A stretch of DNA of 64,000 nucleotides, from positions 54,560,001 through 54,624,000 of the forward strand of contig OX597816.1 in assembly GCA_951406725.2 (NCBI GenBank), read 5' to 3'. Below, piece by piece: positions 38,686 through 52,698 of the stretch. The notes below the pieces were generated by a model, which had not been told where the DNA came from, ran no database searches, and was given only the letters and a program-made list of their open reading frames with translations. The position numbers were made by a program, and so were the translations under genes. The first letter of the stretch is position 1. Every line of letters begins with the position of its first letter. This DNA is from Octopus vulgaris. Lineage: Eukaryota.

Positions 38686-40540
38686 CAAACACACACACAC
38701 ACACGCACACACACACACACACACACACAAACGCACACACACATACACAAGTATATACAATATTCACATCAGGTTGAAATAGAAGTAAACGATTCATTAT
38801 GTAATCTCTTTCTCTCTTTCTTTATTCCTCGCTGTCTGTGTGTATAGGCATATATATATAATACATACACACACACATATATCTAAGTATATATAATTCT
38901 ATATTTAAGAGATGAGCAAATAAAAGAAATTAGTTGACAACATTGATCGTTAGTCGTTTCGTCATTTTTGATCTCGGTTAGAGGTAAGTCGTATTGTACA
39001 TTGTTATTGTTGAAGGTCTCCCGTAGGGATCGATCTATGTTCTAAATTGCTGAATTGTCAAATATTGTTACTGTTTTTGCCTACGGACTAGTGTTTCTCG
39101 TCTTTGTCTTCTTCCCCATTTTGGGGTGAAGTGGAAAAATAGAATGGATTGTGAACCAGTTCCTTTAAATGCCGGCAGTTAAGTTTCAGCAACTGGAAGA
39201 AGTGTAACAACGGATGCACTGGAATAGATGAAAACACATGATTATGATAACAATGATCATGAGATAAAGCCAAAACAGCTATCTTGCTAATTTCATTGCT
39301 CGAAGTGTTAAACAGATTGCTCCGGAACGAATTTGAATGCTCGAAAAGACACTTCCTCGCATTCCGACTAATTTCAATGCTCTCGACGGGCATTTTAATT
39401 TGAATGGTGTTAATGCTAAACTCTTTAACCTAAGTGCGAAATTGAATGATCAAAAAACAAATTTGAATGTCTAACTTCTTGGCGCTAATTTTATTCGCGA
39501 TTTTGAATGACCCGATTATCAAATTAAATGACTAACGTACGAAAATGACTGTAAAACCCCGCATTATATGCTTTGAAATAAGGGAGTTCTGCAAATGAAA
39601 ATAGTCCACCCTCCCGCACCTACAATGTACCGTTTTGAAGTAGTTAGTAAGACACGAGTAACGTACTTTGGAAATCACCTTCCAACGATTTCATCCAGTA
39701 GGGGCCATTTTTTTGAGAAAAAAGTCGAAATTTCTTTTTAAAGTTTGGAAGAAAATTCGACATTCACGAACTCTTGAAGCTGATTGAGAGAGTATCAAAT
39801 TAAGTAAATGTGTATAACAATGTACATCTTCTGTTAATGATGCAGATTTTCTATCTTTACTGACATCGACTTATCCCCTAAACCATTCTTGAAATCTTTC
39901 CTTCTCATCAGCAAATCTTAAGATTTCTTTAGAAGATTTTTAGTCTCACCAAACATAACAGCATCAAATGCTGTTTTTTTTTTCGATCTTTGGCTTAATT
40001 ACACCTTCATTTGTAACAGTTATACAATTAAATTATTTCGTTTTAAATATCACTTGAAAGTGATATTCGTTTTCAATATTACTTCATAGCTGAGAAAATG
40101 TGTTCTTATAATGGCAAACTAACAGACATGGGAAACAGAAAAATTATTCAGAATGGGTCATCTCATCATTCACTCAGACTATTCTTAATACTTTCAATCA
40201 AAATAACGGAGACATTCCATGCTACCCACTTCGGTTTTGTTTTTCAGTTTAAGCTTTGGTTTCTCTTTTCCAAGACTGATAATATTCTTCTTATCTATTT
40301 CAAAGTTGGGGTAAGTAGAGAGAAAACTGAACTAATTGACACTTTTGCAATCCTGGGGGTGATGGAAAGCATAAGGAATTCTACTGGGTTATAATCTTTT
40401 TAAATGAATCGAAGCTTTATGGTAACAAATGATTTAGGTGCTAGTTTACTTTTCTATATAACCTTTCTTAACTTTAAATATTTAAAATTAAATTTTAAAG
40501 CATTGGCATGAACGAATGGATGACAATTTTACTTTTTAAT

Positions 40541-40599
<59 letters not shown>

Positions 40600-40922
40600 T
40601 GCTGGTTTCTTTTCGCTCTGTGTGAAATAGTCAAGAAAACTTTGAGGTCACATGACTGAATTCAGGTCTTAAAAAGGGATAAAAAAATACTCTCTCCATT
40701 GGTTAAATCTTTTTAGAAAGCAATCATGGCTAAGAAGTTTGCTTTCCAATCACATGGCTCCAGGTCCAGTCTTATATATATAAGTTCAGCAAAATTTAGA
40801 TTCAAATGAATATGGTACTTAAGTCAGATGCAACAGAATTTTGTATGGTATTATCCATATAAATCCACGGGGTGATTATACTCAAAATAAGCAACAAGAA
40901 GATATTCTTGTTGCTTATTTTG

Positions 40923-40974
<52 letters not shown>

Positions 40975-41112
40975 GGTATGTAGAAAAATACAACATGGAC
41001 AAGAACGTATAACTCTTAGAAGACGATACAATAAACACGGACAGGACATTCGAAACCCTCAGTCTTCAGTCAAGAACCGGATCATCGTAGTAATTTCGGC
41101 TGATTACATACA

Positions 41113-41443
<331 letters not shown>

Positions 41444-41703
41444 ATATATACTCTTCGGTACCGAATAACCTTCGTACGAAAAATATGAGAAAGCAATAAA
41501 ACAAACTCGTAAATTGACTAAATATGCATTTCCCGTCTAAATCTGTCCGACTATGAGGAAAGCCTCAGGAATCCTCTAAATAAGTAAGCGTTTGATCTCC
41601 GCTGCATAGGACAGTAAAAACATCAGCTCTTTAAGAAAATAAAAAAGAGTTGACGACCTGTCTGCTGGCTTAACACAGCTGGAAGGCAAGCAGTAAAATA
41701 TCT

Positions 41704-41738
<35 letters not shown>

Positions 41739-42061
41739 TTCACTTTCTTGACCACTCACTCATTTCTAGTTTCCCATTTCGAAAATAATAGAATAGAAAG
41801 AAAATAACATCTCTGCTCTTACTATGACTAAAAGCAAGCTTTAAAATAATTTGCTTTCCTTTCGCTATGTTTCTGTCGAACACTTTATACTTGGAAATGA
41901 AGGAATGCGAAATAAAAGTAAATATGACTGTAAGAAATCTAATGGAAATTAGCAGCAATCAATTAAATATTACACCAAAATGATTTATCGTGGAAAAATA
42001 GTAAGGCATGCAATGCATGCGTTGCATATATACACCCTTCGCGCCCCCCTATATATTCGTT

Positions 42062-42433
42062 TCCTTTATTCTTTTATTTGTTTCAGCCATTTGATTGTGG
42101 CCATGCTAGAGCACCGCCTTTAGTTGAGCAAATCGATCCCAGGACTTATTCTATCGGTCTCTTTTGCCGAACTGCTAAGTTACAGGTGCGTAAACATACC
42201 AGCATCGGTTGTCAAGCGATGGTGTGGGGACACACACAGACACAGATACATATGCCCGTCGTATATATACGACGGGCTTCTTTCAGTTTCCCGTCTACCA
42301 AATCCATTTACAAGAATTTGGCCGGCCCGAGGCTATAGTAAAAAAACACTTGCCCAAGATGCCATGCATGGAGACTGAACCCGGAATCATGTGGTTCTTC
42401 AGCAAGCTACTACCACACTGCCACCCCTACGCC
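42062..42433 (-). mobile_element. SINE family A
   Basis: Full-length reverse homology to 62-476. Confidence 0.85.
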
Positions 42434-43282
42434 CTCATATATATATATATATACAGACGCATGCATGCACGCATGCATATGTGTGCGTGTGAGTGTGTGT
42501 GTGTGTATGTGTGTGTCTGTGTGCGTATTTGTATAGTTAGACGTCCTTGAAAACATACGTGTAGTGTTTTTTTAATTTAATGCACAAGCTGGAATCGAGC
42601 TGAAATAAGCATTTGTTTCTTCGTCATTCCAAATAGATCTGATTAGAGATATAATACGGCAAGGTGACGTCTTAAAACTAAGGTTTTTCTCGGAACTATA
42701 GGAATTTATGATCTTAGCTTGAATAGAATAAAGGAATGGTAGTGCGACGGTATGTCAGGCATAACAGCTATAAACTGTGGGTGAAAAAGAATAGGGTGAG
42801 GCATCGTCTTTCTTGTAGCAGAATACTTTTAATAATTGTGATGGGGAATAAATAATACGGTGTGGTAATAATCCATTTGAAATCAATTTTCTCAGATTCT
42901 TCGTCTTTTATATCTATTATCGGGTTGATGTATTGCGGAGACATTTCCTGATAACACTTTCACGGTATTGCACATTTGCCATTTCTCAGACGAAAGCTCC
43001 GTAATTAACGAGAATATTCCAGCAACAGAATAATAATAACGAGAAACATAAGAGATATAATTCTTAATGTAGTGGAATGGTTAAAGGAAGAACCTGAAAC
43101 CTGAAGTAATTCTTCGTCGCTAATGCGGTAAAGTTGCACATTGATGAAAAACTGGTAATTGAAAGAGATCTCTTAGAACTCTGTTATTTTCACTTTCTTT
43201 TGTTCCTATATATCTGGGGTACAGCTAGACAAGTTGATTTGAAGGGACCACTAGGGGTACGTATATGTATGTATGTGTTTGC

Positions 43283-43315
<33 letters not shown>

Positions 43316-43559
43316 TGTATGTATGTATGTATGTATGTATGTATGTATGTATGTATGTATGTGTGTATGTATGTATGTATATATGTGTGTGCATGTATAA
43401 TATACACACATATATATGTAATGTATGTGTGTGTGCATATATATATGTGTGTGTATGCATGTGTATGTGCGTGTATGTGTCTGTGTTTGTGTTTGTCCCC
43501 CACCACCGCTTGACAATCGGTGCTGGTCATTTACATTCCCGTAACTTAGCGGTTCGACA

Positions 43560-43960
43560 TTCCCTGCAGCATTTGTGTATGTTCGGTCTGGCCTTGCACA
43601 GAGACAACGCGGACTCCCGCCTCCTTGAAGCAGGAATTAATTTTCAGCGTGCATCGGTTCTTCACAGTCTAAATTCTCCAGCCCTCTTCCTTTAAACCTA
43701 TCATCCCCACACGTGTACACATACCACACACCTCTCCCTCTCTCACTGCTCTCCTAATGTCACTCCCCACACCTACTCAATACCGTTTAGAATAAAACCC
43801 AACAACACACAGACACAGAATGTACTTTCAAACAACACACACACACACGCTCGCACATGCACACTCCTTCTTCCCTTTGTACACTCACTAGACCCTACCG
43901 CTTATTGCTATTGATATTTCATCATTCTGTGATATGAGTTCACAGCTGTAGATAGTCACA
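43560..43960 (+). mobile_element. Penelope-like GIY-YIG C-terminal fragment and 3' region
   Basis: SLQHLCMFGLALHRDNADSRLLE...HSLN; ACAGCTGTA stem-III remnant near 43941; preceded by a SINE A fragment at 43480-43557. Confidence 0.5.
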
Positions 43961-44189
43961 TACTTCTCTCGGTTAAGGCTGGTTTGTTAATTCCGTTGAT
44001 CGGAAGGTAGAGCAGTGCTGCATAAGGAAAGCTCTTGGAACCAGGGAAGAAGCTAGAATGCCAGGTGGGAAGCAATAAATAATGAGCGAACCCCCACCTT
44101 CACGGCATTCCATATCTCCTTCACTAATTACAACATTTTTCACTAAGAATCGCAACTAGAATCCAAAATTTAGAACGAGATTATCTTTT

Positions 44190-44399
44190 ATTTTTTGTTT
44201 TAATTTTTTCTGTCATTAGAAGGCGGCCATGCTGGAGCACCGCCTTGAAGAATTTTAATCGAGAAGGTCGACCCGAGACTTTATTCTTTTTAGAGCCTGG
44301 TCCTTATTTAATAGTTCGCTTTTGAAGAACCGTTAAGCTACAAGGACATATATGCACCAAAACCAGCTGTCAAGCAGTGGTGGGGACAAATACACACAC

Positions 44400-44470
<71 letters not shown>

Positions 44471-44652
44471 ACACACACACAAATATATACGACGAGTTTC
44501 TGTCAGTTTCCGTCTACCAAATTTACTCACAAGAATTTGGTAGTCCCGAGGTTATAGTAGAAGCAAACTTGTCCAAGATGCCACGCAGTGGGATTGAACC
44601 CAAAGTTATGATGTTAGAATGCAAGCTCCTTATCATACAGCCACATCTACCA
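44190..44652 (-). mobile_element. SINE family A
   Basis: Reverse homology to 62-476 with an expanded (CA)n. Confidence 0.85.
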
Positions 44653-44844
44653 CTATTAAATCATGTTACATGGTGGACATAGTTTTTTTTTTCGGAAGGG
44701 GAGAATTATGGACTCGTTGTGCGTTTAACGGTAAAAATGGAGGGAGTGAGATTCAATGGTTAAACAAGTTCGGAAATATCACTTAATCAAAAGATTATTT
44801 CACAACAACGTCGATGATGACGATGACATCATCATCATCATCGT

Positions 44845-45130
44845 CATTGTTCGACCGTGGTCGAGACAATGGAATTTAGCATGCTACGCCAGACTTCACG
44901 GTCCGTCATGGCATTACAGAGGTCCTGTTGCTGGATGCTTGTATCCCTGGAGATTACATCAGGGTAGGAGAGTGTGCGCTCTCTGGTGTTGCGAGTAGAG
45001 TAGAAATTACCTCTTTTTCAGCTCTACAACAATGTCCAGCAAACTGGACTCTCCTACCTTTCACACCTTTGACATGACAACGACGACGTCTCATTCCCAC
45101 TTCCTCTTCCAATTGTGATCGGATCTCCCA
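44845..45130 (-). mobile_element. RTE-clade LINE 3' fragment
   Basis: VKGRRVQFAGHCCRAEKEVISTLL..SYPDVISRDTSIQQQDL..AMTDREVWRSM, followed by a (GAT)n tail. Confidence 0.75.
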
Positions 45131-45610
45131 ACCTTGTGGGAACATCATCGAACAACTGCGTTATGAATCTTTACATTTGTGTAGTTTAGGAGTGAAAAAT
45201 ACTTTCTTTACTATAGAAAAAAAAAAGAAAAAAGAAGAGTAAATCAAAAGACACAAATTGCATTTCATTAGATTCTAAATTTTTTTTTTGGTGGCGGTGA
45301 TGATGGTGTTGTAAATTATTTAAACCCCGGTTAACAGTTGTCTATTATAAACTGCACAGACTATTCCAATAAAAATCTGGAATTGTGCCATTTCACATTG
45401 ATTTCTTCTCAAATGAAATTCTTTCAAATATTGAACTGATTAAGATATTCTTACAGAAAATTGGAAACGTCTGAATGTGTGTGTGAGTATGTGTGTATGT
45501 GTGTGTGTGTATGTGTGTGTCTGGTATTTGTGTGTGCATGTAGGTGTGTATGCGCGTATATATATAATGCATGTATATGTCTATGTGAATATAATACTGC
45601 TATCAATGGG

Positions 45611-45663
<53 letters not shown>

Positions 45664-45671
45664 TTATATAA

Positions 45672-45980
45672 GTAAGGATAAGATCGATATTTAAATACCG
45701 ATCTTATCAGGTGGCCAGCATGGGAATAAAAACCTTCAAAGGTGATACTTACTATAAAAATTATAATTTAGGGTATCTAAGAGATACCACCACGCTGGAA
45801 ATAGGAACCAAAACTTGACTCTAAAACCCCATTAAATGTTCATACAGCACCAGGAGAGAAGAAAAAGAGAGACAAATTAAACTAGTTAAAAATTATTGGA
45901 TAATTCCAGATTCCGGATTTCTGGCTCTGCATAAAAAATACTCTGCCTTCATCAGTGAAATATACTCAGATTGCACATAA
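45672..45980 (-). mobile_element. pLTR/retrozyme-like repeat (same family as 18680-18972)
   Basis: Colinear homology; begins right after a (TA)n tract. Confidence 0.75.
45903..45961 (-). ncRNA. Type I hammerhead ribozyme motif, intact core
   Basis: Stem I ATTTCA/TGGAAT; CTGATGA; stem II GGC/GCC with an A.A junction; GAAAT; short stem III around CCGG; AUC triplet. Confidence 0.75.
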
Positions 45981-46319
45981 AGGATATAATATGTGTCTAT
46001 ATGCACATATATATTACTTGTATATAAATTAATTTTAATAAAGTGCGTGGTCCTGCGTTATTGTGAGTCGTAGGTAGTGACAGACAGTCGTGTCCATGGT
46101 ACAGTGACTGTCAGTCTATGAAAATGTTTCATCGGGACAGTCTGTAACAGTACCTGACAAGGTGCCAGAGTGCGTATGTGTGTCGGAGTATGACAGTTTG
46201 TTAGAGTGTGTGAAAGTAAGTGCCAATGTGTACACATCTCTCTCTCTTTGTCTGTCTGTCTGTCTGTATATATGTATGCTTGTGTGTATGTTCGTATAAA
46301 TGGATATGCATATGTATGT

Positions 46320-48282
46320 TTTTAATTATTTAAATTCTTCCCAGGAGGAAGGCGCTGGTTTCCAGCAAAATTACAAAGCTCCATCTATGGAATGTAGATA
46401 AGGAAAATAATGACATATTTTAAACTTGAGAAAACGCTTGCATATTTTTACAGTTCCACTTACAGATTGTATTTGTAATATGTGAGTCAGTTGGTTTTGA
46501 TTTCTTTTTCTGAAAACCCAAGCTTATCCTGACTGGCAGTTTACAAAACCAAGAGCTCCAGTTATTATTGGTATGAATGTAAATTTATAATCCGAATATA
46601 GAAGCTGGAGGTTTCAAAGCACTTGTCCATAGTTATCTTCTTTCCCTTTGATTTTCAAAAGATATTCACGTCAGCAGGACTGCTGACCTCTATGACGGTA
46701 CATACTGTTTTTTGTGTGACCCACACAACATTATCCATCCTGTTATGCTTATACTTGACAGATGTTTTGATGGAAATCTTCTACCAGTATTCTTTTTTTT
46801 TCTGGTACGTATTCAATAACAAGGGCTTTCTCTTTATTTCAGGACAGTCTTTGTTATAGAATGGTATTCTATACTGTTTTAGCAACAAGGCCATGTCGCT
46901 TGATGACATTTTTTGGCAGCTGCCAAGGAAATCTGTGATGTCATCCACAGAAATATAATGTAATCTACATTTTCGGTTGCATCTTGGAACACCAAGGGCT
47001 TCTCTGTGTCTCTTGTTAATTAGGTATTTAGTAGAAATCTCCTGTTCTTGCATTGCAGATGCATAACCTTCATATTGTGATGTGATGTAGCAGACATAAA
47101 TGTATGTATGCCATTAATCAGTCTTATTTCAAGATTTCTTGCCAATAGAAAAAAAAGAACCGGTTTCTAACCTAGATTCAAGGCTCCTTTATTGGAATTT
47201 CAACATCAATAACAGGGAGATCTTGGAGATTTCTACTAACATACCCATGGATGGTATTCTGCTGTTGTACGCTCATTCTTTCATCTGATCTCTTCGGGCA
47301 TATATTTAAGGTTATCAGACAAGTAATGCTGTTCAAGAAGCTGCCTTCCAAATCTTATGTTGGACTTCGTCAAGGGATGGACTTCGACACTTGATGGCTA
47401 GTAGATGTAGTCGAAGGGATATGATTCGACATTCAAGGGCAGTTTGGATCGATGTCAAGCGTTTGCCGCCTTGTTTTTGAGTTAAGCAGACGTGTTCTAG
47501 GTCGCTGACAATGTGGAAATTATGTGTGTGCTTTTCACATCAGTGGCTCAGATCTCACCAAGCGTCATTCCAGCGGCCCAACTGTTGCTATGAGTACTTG
47601 TATCGCAAAAGCATTTTGAGCAACGGTTTTTATTGAATGCAGATACCTGCAGGTACCTTTAGATACCGGTTTTATTGCATGCATGACACCTGTAACATTC
47701 TTCATCAGATGTAGAGGAAACAGTCAAATCGTTGAAGGAGGTGTTGCTAGTCTGATTTACAGTTTTTCATCTTCCCACAACCATTTGACAACTCAAACCC
47801 TACATCCTTTGAGAATGTTGTAACCAGGTTAAGGCTCTTTTTCATCTCGTGTATATATTTGCATATAGTTTAAATTCAACCACAAAACAAAAAAGAAACA
47901 ATGTATAATTTTGGTAATTCTGTTTCCTTGTGAACCAGTGAAATATCCTTCAGACTTCCTTAACATGAATGACAAAGGGTTTACAGAAAGTATCAACAAC
48001 ATCACAGAGAGGCCGTCCCCTTAGAATATGCCTCTGTGACGCTGTATTCTCTCATTGATAATACAGCCACTCTTTGTATTTTATGTCACGATGGTGGTCC
48101 ACGACGAAATCAGGTGAGCTATGGCTTTGACTTTGCTCAATGGAACTTTAGCGAGTCGAAGGACTTCTAGCATCTACAAGCGGGGAACAGAATCAAAAGC
48201 TTTCCTGTAGACTAGCCACATTGAAATTAGGTTCCTCCTATGCTTCTGCACCTCTGACATCACAGTTTTGTTTATTAACCAA
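46320..48282 (-). mobile_element. R4/Dong-clade LINE, about 2 kb 5'-truncated copy (RT + CCHC + RLE + 3' UTR)
   Basis: HRRNLISMWLVYRKAFDSVP, GIF*GDGLSVMLLILSVNPLSFML, LKLYA, SAFNK, NFHIVSD..KQGGKRL, EGYASAMQEQEISTKYL..CNRKCRL, KEYW; the 5' junction abuts (CATA)n. Confidence 0.9.
47100..47220 (-). mobile_element. Nested R4/Dong 3' UTR-only insertion (second subfamily)
   Basis: Reverse complement of 61810-61915; interrupts the host ORF between HGYVSRNLQD and YITSQYEGY; ends in CATACATAC. Confidence 0.75.
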
Positions 48283-48711
48283 TGTATGTATGTATGTATG
48301 TATGTATGTATGTATGTATGTATGTATGTATGTATGTATGTATGTATGCGTGTATATTTGTCATCTCATTGTACATGTATGTGTATGTGCGTGTTGTCCC
48401 ATCATGACTAAATAAATTTCCCAATTACACATTGCCTTCTGTCACTGTATATTGTTGGTGCTTTCATGTGATTCCGGCCATAAGGCAAAGACATCACTTC
48501 ATTAGATAGATCTATTTATATTAAATGGACAATTGTAGATAATCTTAATTACAGGAATAGAGATTATACTCTTGTCAATCATGTGGATAGTCTTTCGGAA
48601 TGTCATTTCAGACCTGTATGAGATTAACCGATTAGAAGATCATTCCTGAGAATCGAAGCTGATTGCGACAATCGATTAATCAAAATCTAATTTCCTCCAC
48701 ACTGTATCTGT

Positions 48712-48932
48712 CGCTAGCAGAAACGTTAGCACGCCGGGCGAAATGCGTAGCCGTATTTCGTCTGCAGTTATGTTCTGAGTTCAAATTCCGCCGAGGTCGA
48801 CTTTGCCTTTCATCCTTTCGGGGTCGATTAAGTAAGTACCAGTTACGTACTGAGGTCGATGTAATCGACTTAATCCGTTTGTCTGTCCTTGTTTGTCCCC
48901 TCTGCGTTTAGTCCCTTGTGGGTAGTAAAGAA
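48712..48932 (+). mobile_element. SINE family B
   Basis: Homologous to 9227-9444. Confidence 0.9.
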
Positions 48933-50419
48933 ATATATAATAACACGTTGTCGTTATTGTTGCTGTTGTTAAACCGCTGGTTAATTCGGATCAAACAGAT
49001 CCTTGATTCAATGTCAATCTAGCCGTGACCATTGCATCTTTTTAGTTTTCAAATACAGTGTTTGTTGTATCACATCGTTGTTAATGACGTTCTTTTAGAC
49101 AGTAGGTGTGATTTGAAGGATATGTCGCTACTGTTTCTAGCCGATCGAGCAACTGCTTATAACTAGTAGCTCTTTTAAGTAGGAGTATTGATGTAGGTGT
49201 GTTTAATGAAGATGTATTTAGGTTGGTGTTTAAACGAAAGTGTGTTCATGTGAGTGAAGACATGTGTGGTGTAAATGTGTGTTTAGGTGGGTTTCTAAAG
49301 AGAAGTGAGGAAAGATTTGTGTGAAGGACGTATTTAGGCTGATGTGTTTAATTTCATGTTTTAGACTCAAAGTAGTGTCCATGACATTTTACAACGTCTC
49401 CAATACTGTCTAGAAGGAGAGAGAGGAAGATATATCCTCACATCTAAAACCTCGTCCGAATGCTTTATACATTGTCGTCTCTTAAAGGCAGTAAAACTGC
49501 TAAGTGGTGGAGTGGAAGCGGTTGCTGATTTTAGTCTCTCAGCTTAGGTGTGTAAATGTGGATGTGTGAAACAAAGAGTGATGCGGTAGCAATGTGTATG
49601 CAGGGGCTGAATGTTTTGAAAGTTGTTATTCAGATATCTTTTGATATGTATGTGAGATTTGGCTCTTATTTCTAGAAAGTCGAGTGACTACGTATTCGTA
49701 TGAGAACCATTCAACCTACGAGTGTTGCTGTGTACTTCTGATTAACACTCAAGGGACATAATCACTGGTCATTATACTTCATCCCCTCCCCTCCTTGAAC
49801 TGCCAAAATACTAATTGGTGGTTGGAAACAATATACTAACACTGAAATTAGTAAAAAAAAGAAAGAAGAAAATACAGGCTGTCTAGCCATTAGTAATTGC
49901 CTTCTTTTGGTAAAAATTACATAATTCCAACTAATTAACAAGCAGAATTCTACATTATAGTATAGATTTAAGAGAGTGAATATTATATTTGTCACTATGG
50001 TGGTATCTCTGGATGAGTTTCGGTATTTTTACTTCTTGTCAATGAAATATAATCTAAACTTAATTGCTATAAAATAACATAGAATTATGCTATTCTTGTG
50101 GTTAGAACCATCAATCAGCCAAACTGATCCCCAGATCAACACAAATCGCTGATAGTATCGGTTGCCTGCACGTTTTTTCCTCTATTCTTTGCGACTACAG
50201 AGTAAAAGAGTAAAGTGTTCCACCGATTGACTGGTCATGGCCAGAATGTCGGATTTTGTACTAATTAGTTCGATCTTCTGGAAGTAACAGCGAAGTCGCT
50301 TTCCAAATTCACATTGATAATTGGAAAAAAAAAAAAAAAAGAAAAATCATTGGTAGCTCAAAATCGGAAAACTGGTTAGTATTTTGAGCTGACCTGGGGC
50401 TAAACAAAAACGACGACAA

Positions 50420-50593
50420 ATTCGGGAAAGGGGACGAATCGTTAACATGGACCCCGATGCTTAACTGGTACCTATTTTATTGACTCCGAAAGGACGAAAG
50501 GCAAAGCCAGCAGCGGCTGAATTTGAACTCAAGACTTGAAGACGGACGAATTGACGCTAAACATTTTGCCCGGCCGGCTCACGCTTCTGCCAG
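50420..50593 (-). mobile_element. SINE family B, degenerate
   Basis: GAAAGGACGAAAGGCAAAG..GAATTTGAACTC..CTTCTGCCAG. Confidence 0.7.
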
Positions 50594-51149
50594 TGTTGAT
50601 ATATAAATAAAGACAAGCGGTTTTGAAGCATATATATTATTGACTACCTCAAGTATATGCTTCAATTACAAATATTATTCAATGCGGTATTTCAATTCAC
50701 TGCGGGGTAGCGATTTTTAATGTCAGTTTATATTTCTAGAAATTTAATGGCTGCTCTACAAATTATAAGTTTAATCTAGCGTCAATCAAATTATGCTGAT
50801 TCCAGTATTTTTTCTTATTTGTCGAATGTTGTTGAAGAAACAGAAATCTGGAAAAGAAAACTGATTGTGTTGTATTTCCCCGTCACCGAATTTGTTTCCT
50901 CATGACTTTCAGGAAAATGAGTATTTTTTAATAAACTTTTCCGCAAATACTTATCGGATGGCATAATTACGATTATACCGGAATTTAATGCAAAAAAAAA
51001 AAAAAAAAAAAAGGAACGGAGGATATCTTTATGAATCTCGACTTTGTTTCCTTCATATATTTTGGTAATTTCATTACAATTATGTTAAGAAACAATTAAT
51101 TTTGACGGCTATCCTACCTTATTCTGAAAATTCTCTATAAAAAATAAAT

Positions 51150-52120
51150 ACTTTGTAGAAAGGGGAAATTGAGCAAAAGAAGATTTTTGCACTGAAAACG
51201 GACGGAGTAACCGGAAGATTGTTAGAAAGATTCGGGGAAGCAGAATGCCAGTAGACAATTTTCTGAAAGATTCTGACAGCTACAATAAGATTCATACTGG
51301 TGGACGCCCCAAGGTTACATCAGAAAGGGATGAAAAGGCCATTGTCAGAGCTGTGAAGTCACGCTGCTCTTCTGTTTCCAAAATCAAAGGCAGCAGTAGG
51401 GGCAGGAGCCTTGACATCCACCGTAAAAGGAATGATTTTGAACCATTGTTTCCACCTGACGTCCGTTATTGTCTTCTTCCCACAATGTTGTTCGATTGGG
51501 ATTATGAATGGACCGGGGTTCTGTTCTTCGACGAGAAAAAATGGAATTTGGATGGCCCCGACGGTTGTTAGGTAGATAAGTGTATACAAAATACTACTTA
51601 TTCCAAGCGGTAGAAGAACGGAGGAGGTCTTTTGGTGTGGGGAGCAATATCTGCCTATGGGAAGCTGCCACGTGTCATCATGGATGGTTGTTTCAATACT
51701 GCACGATTTGTTGGACGGGGCTCACATTGACGAAGAAGGAAGAAGGCTCCATGTCAAGAACTTCATATTTCAACAAGACAATGCTCCTGTTCATAAAGTA
51801 AAGACAACTTTGCATTTCTTCCATGCAATAGGGGTTGAAGTCATACCATGGCCAGCAAGAAGTCCCGACCGTAATCCTATAGAGAATACCTGGGGATTAT
51901 CTCATAAATGTTATGTACAGCGAAGCCAAGTAGTATTCATCTGTTGATGAACTTGAATTGGCATTAAAGAAGGCATGGGAAGCAATTCAGAAAGGTTGAG
52001 CTCAAACATACATTACTGATATATGACATGAGAATATCATTCAAATATGTCGTAATTTCCCTGTTTTGTGTCATTTTCGTAACATTATTCAACCTGGCGT
52101 TATAGTTTTGAACAGGAGGT
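51150..52120 (+). mobile_element. Tc1-like DD34E transposon, internally deleted and frameshifted
   Basis: GRPKVTSERDEKAIVR; WTGVLFFDEKKWNLDGPDG; FQQDNAPVHK..WPARSPDRNPIENTWG with D-34-E spacing. Confidence 0.9.
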
Positions 52121-52698
52121 TCCTGGTTCTGTATGTTTTGTTGAATTATTGTCTAATTTGTTTTTGAATTCCAATATATTTGAATATGGCAATGCGTTCT
52201 TCTATTTCATTTCCTATCAAGAGGTGAATTTCATGAATTTGGGTAGTATAGTTCTCCAGACAAAAACAAAGAGAGACAGTGCTCTGGGTTTGTGGTTTTG
52301 AAGAGAAGTTTAGAAACTAAATTGTGATGTGTGAATTATCGGATACTCCTCACCTTAAAAAAGGTTTTCCTTTACAAATTCAGATTTAATCGCAGTCTGA
52401 AATGTATTTGTACAAACTTTCATGAATAAATATCCATTTTTCAGAAGGCTATGAGGAAACAAAGTAGGTGGGGTACATTTCTGTGCTTATTCTCTATATT
52501 TACTAAGCGAATAAAGGAATCGAAGGGAAATTAAGACATAACATATCATAACAATTACGCAAACTGGGAACCACATCTGTAAATATTATTTGGAGGCCGG
52601 CAGAAAATCGTTTGGAGTGTGGTCTCTCTCTGCTACTAATATATAAATTAAGCAATAATAAATCTCTGAACGAGATATAAACAGTAATTGTACGACAA

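Noticed and set aside
39088-39393. 101-aa minus ORF, possibly a MULE transposase remnant
   Set aside because: Only a vague YHNH..HP similarity; no TIR or TSD identified.
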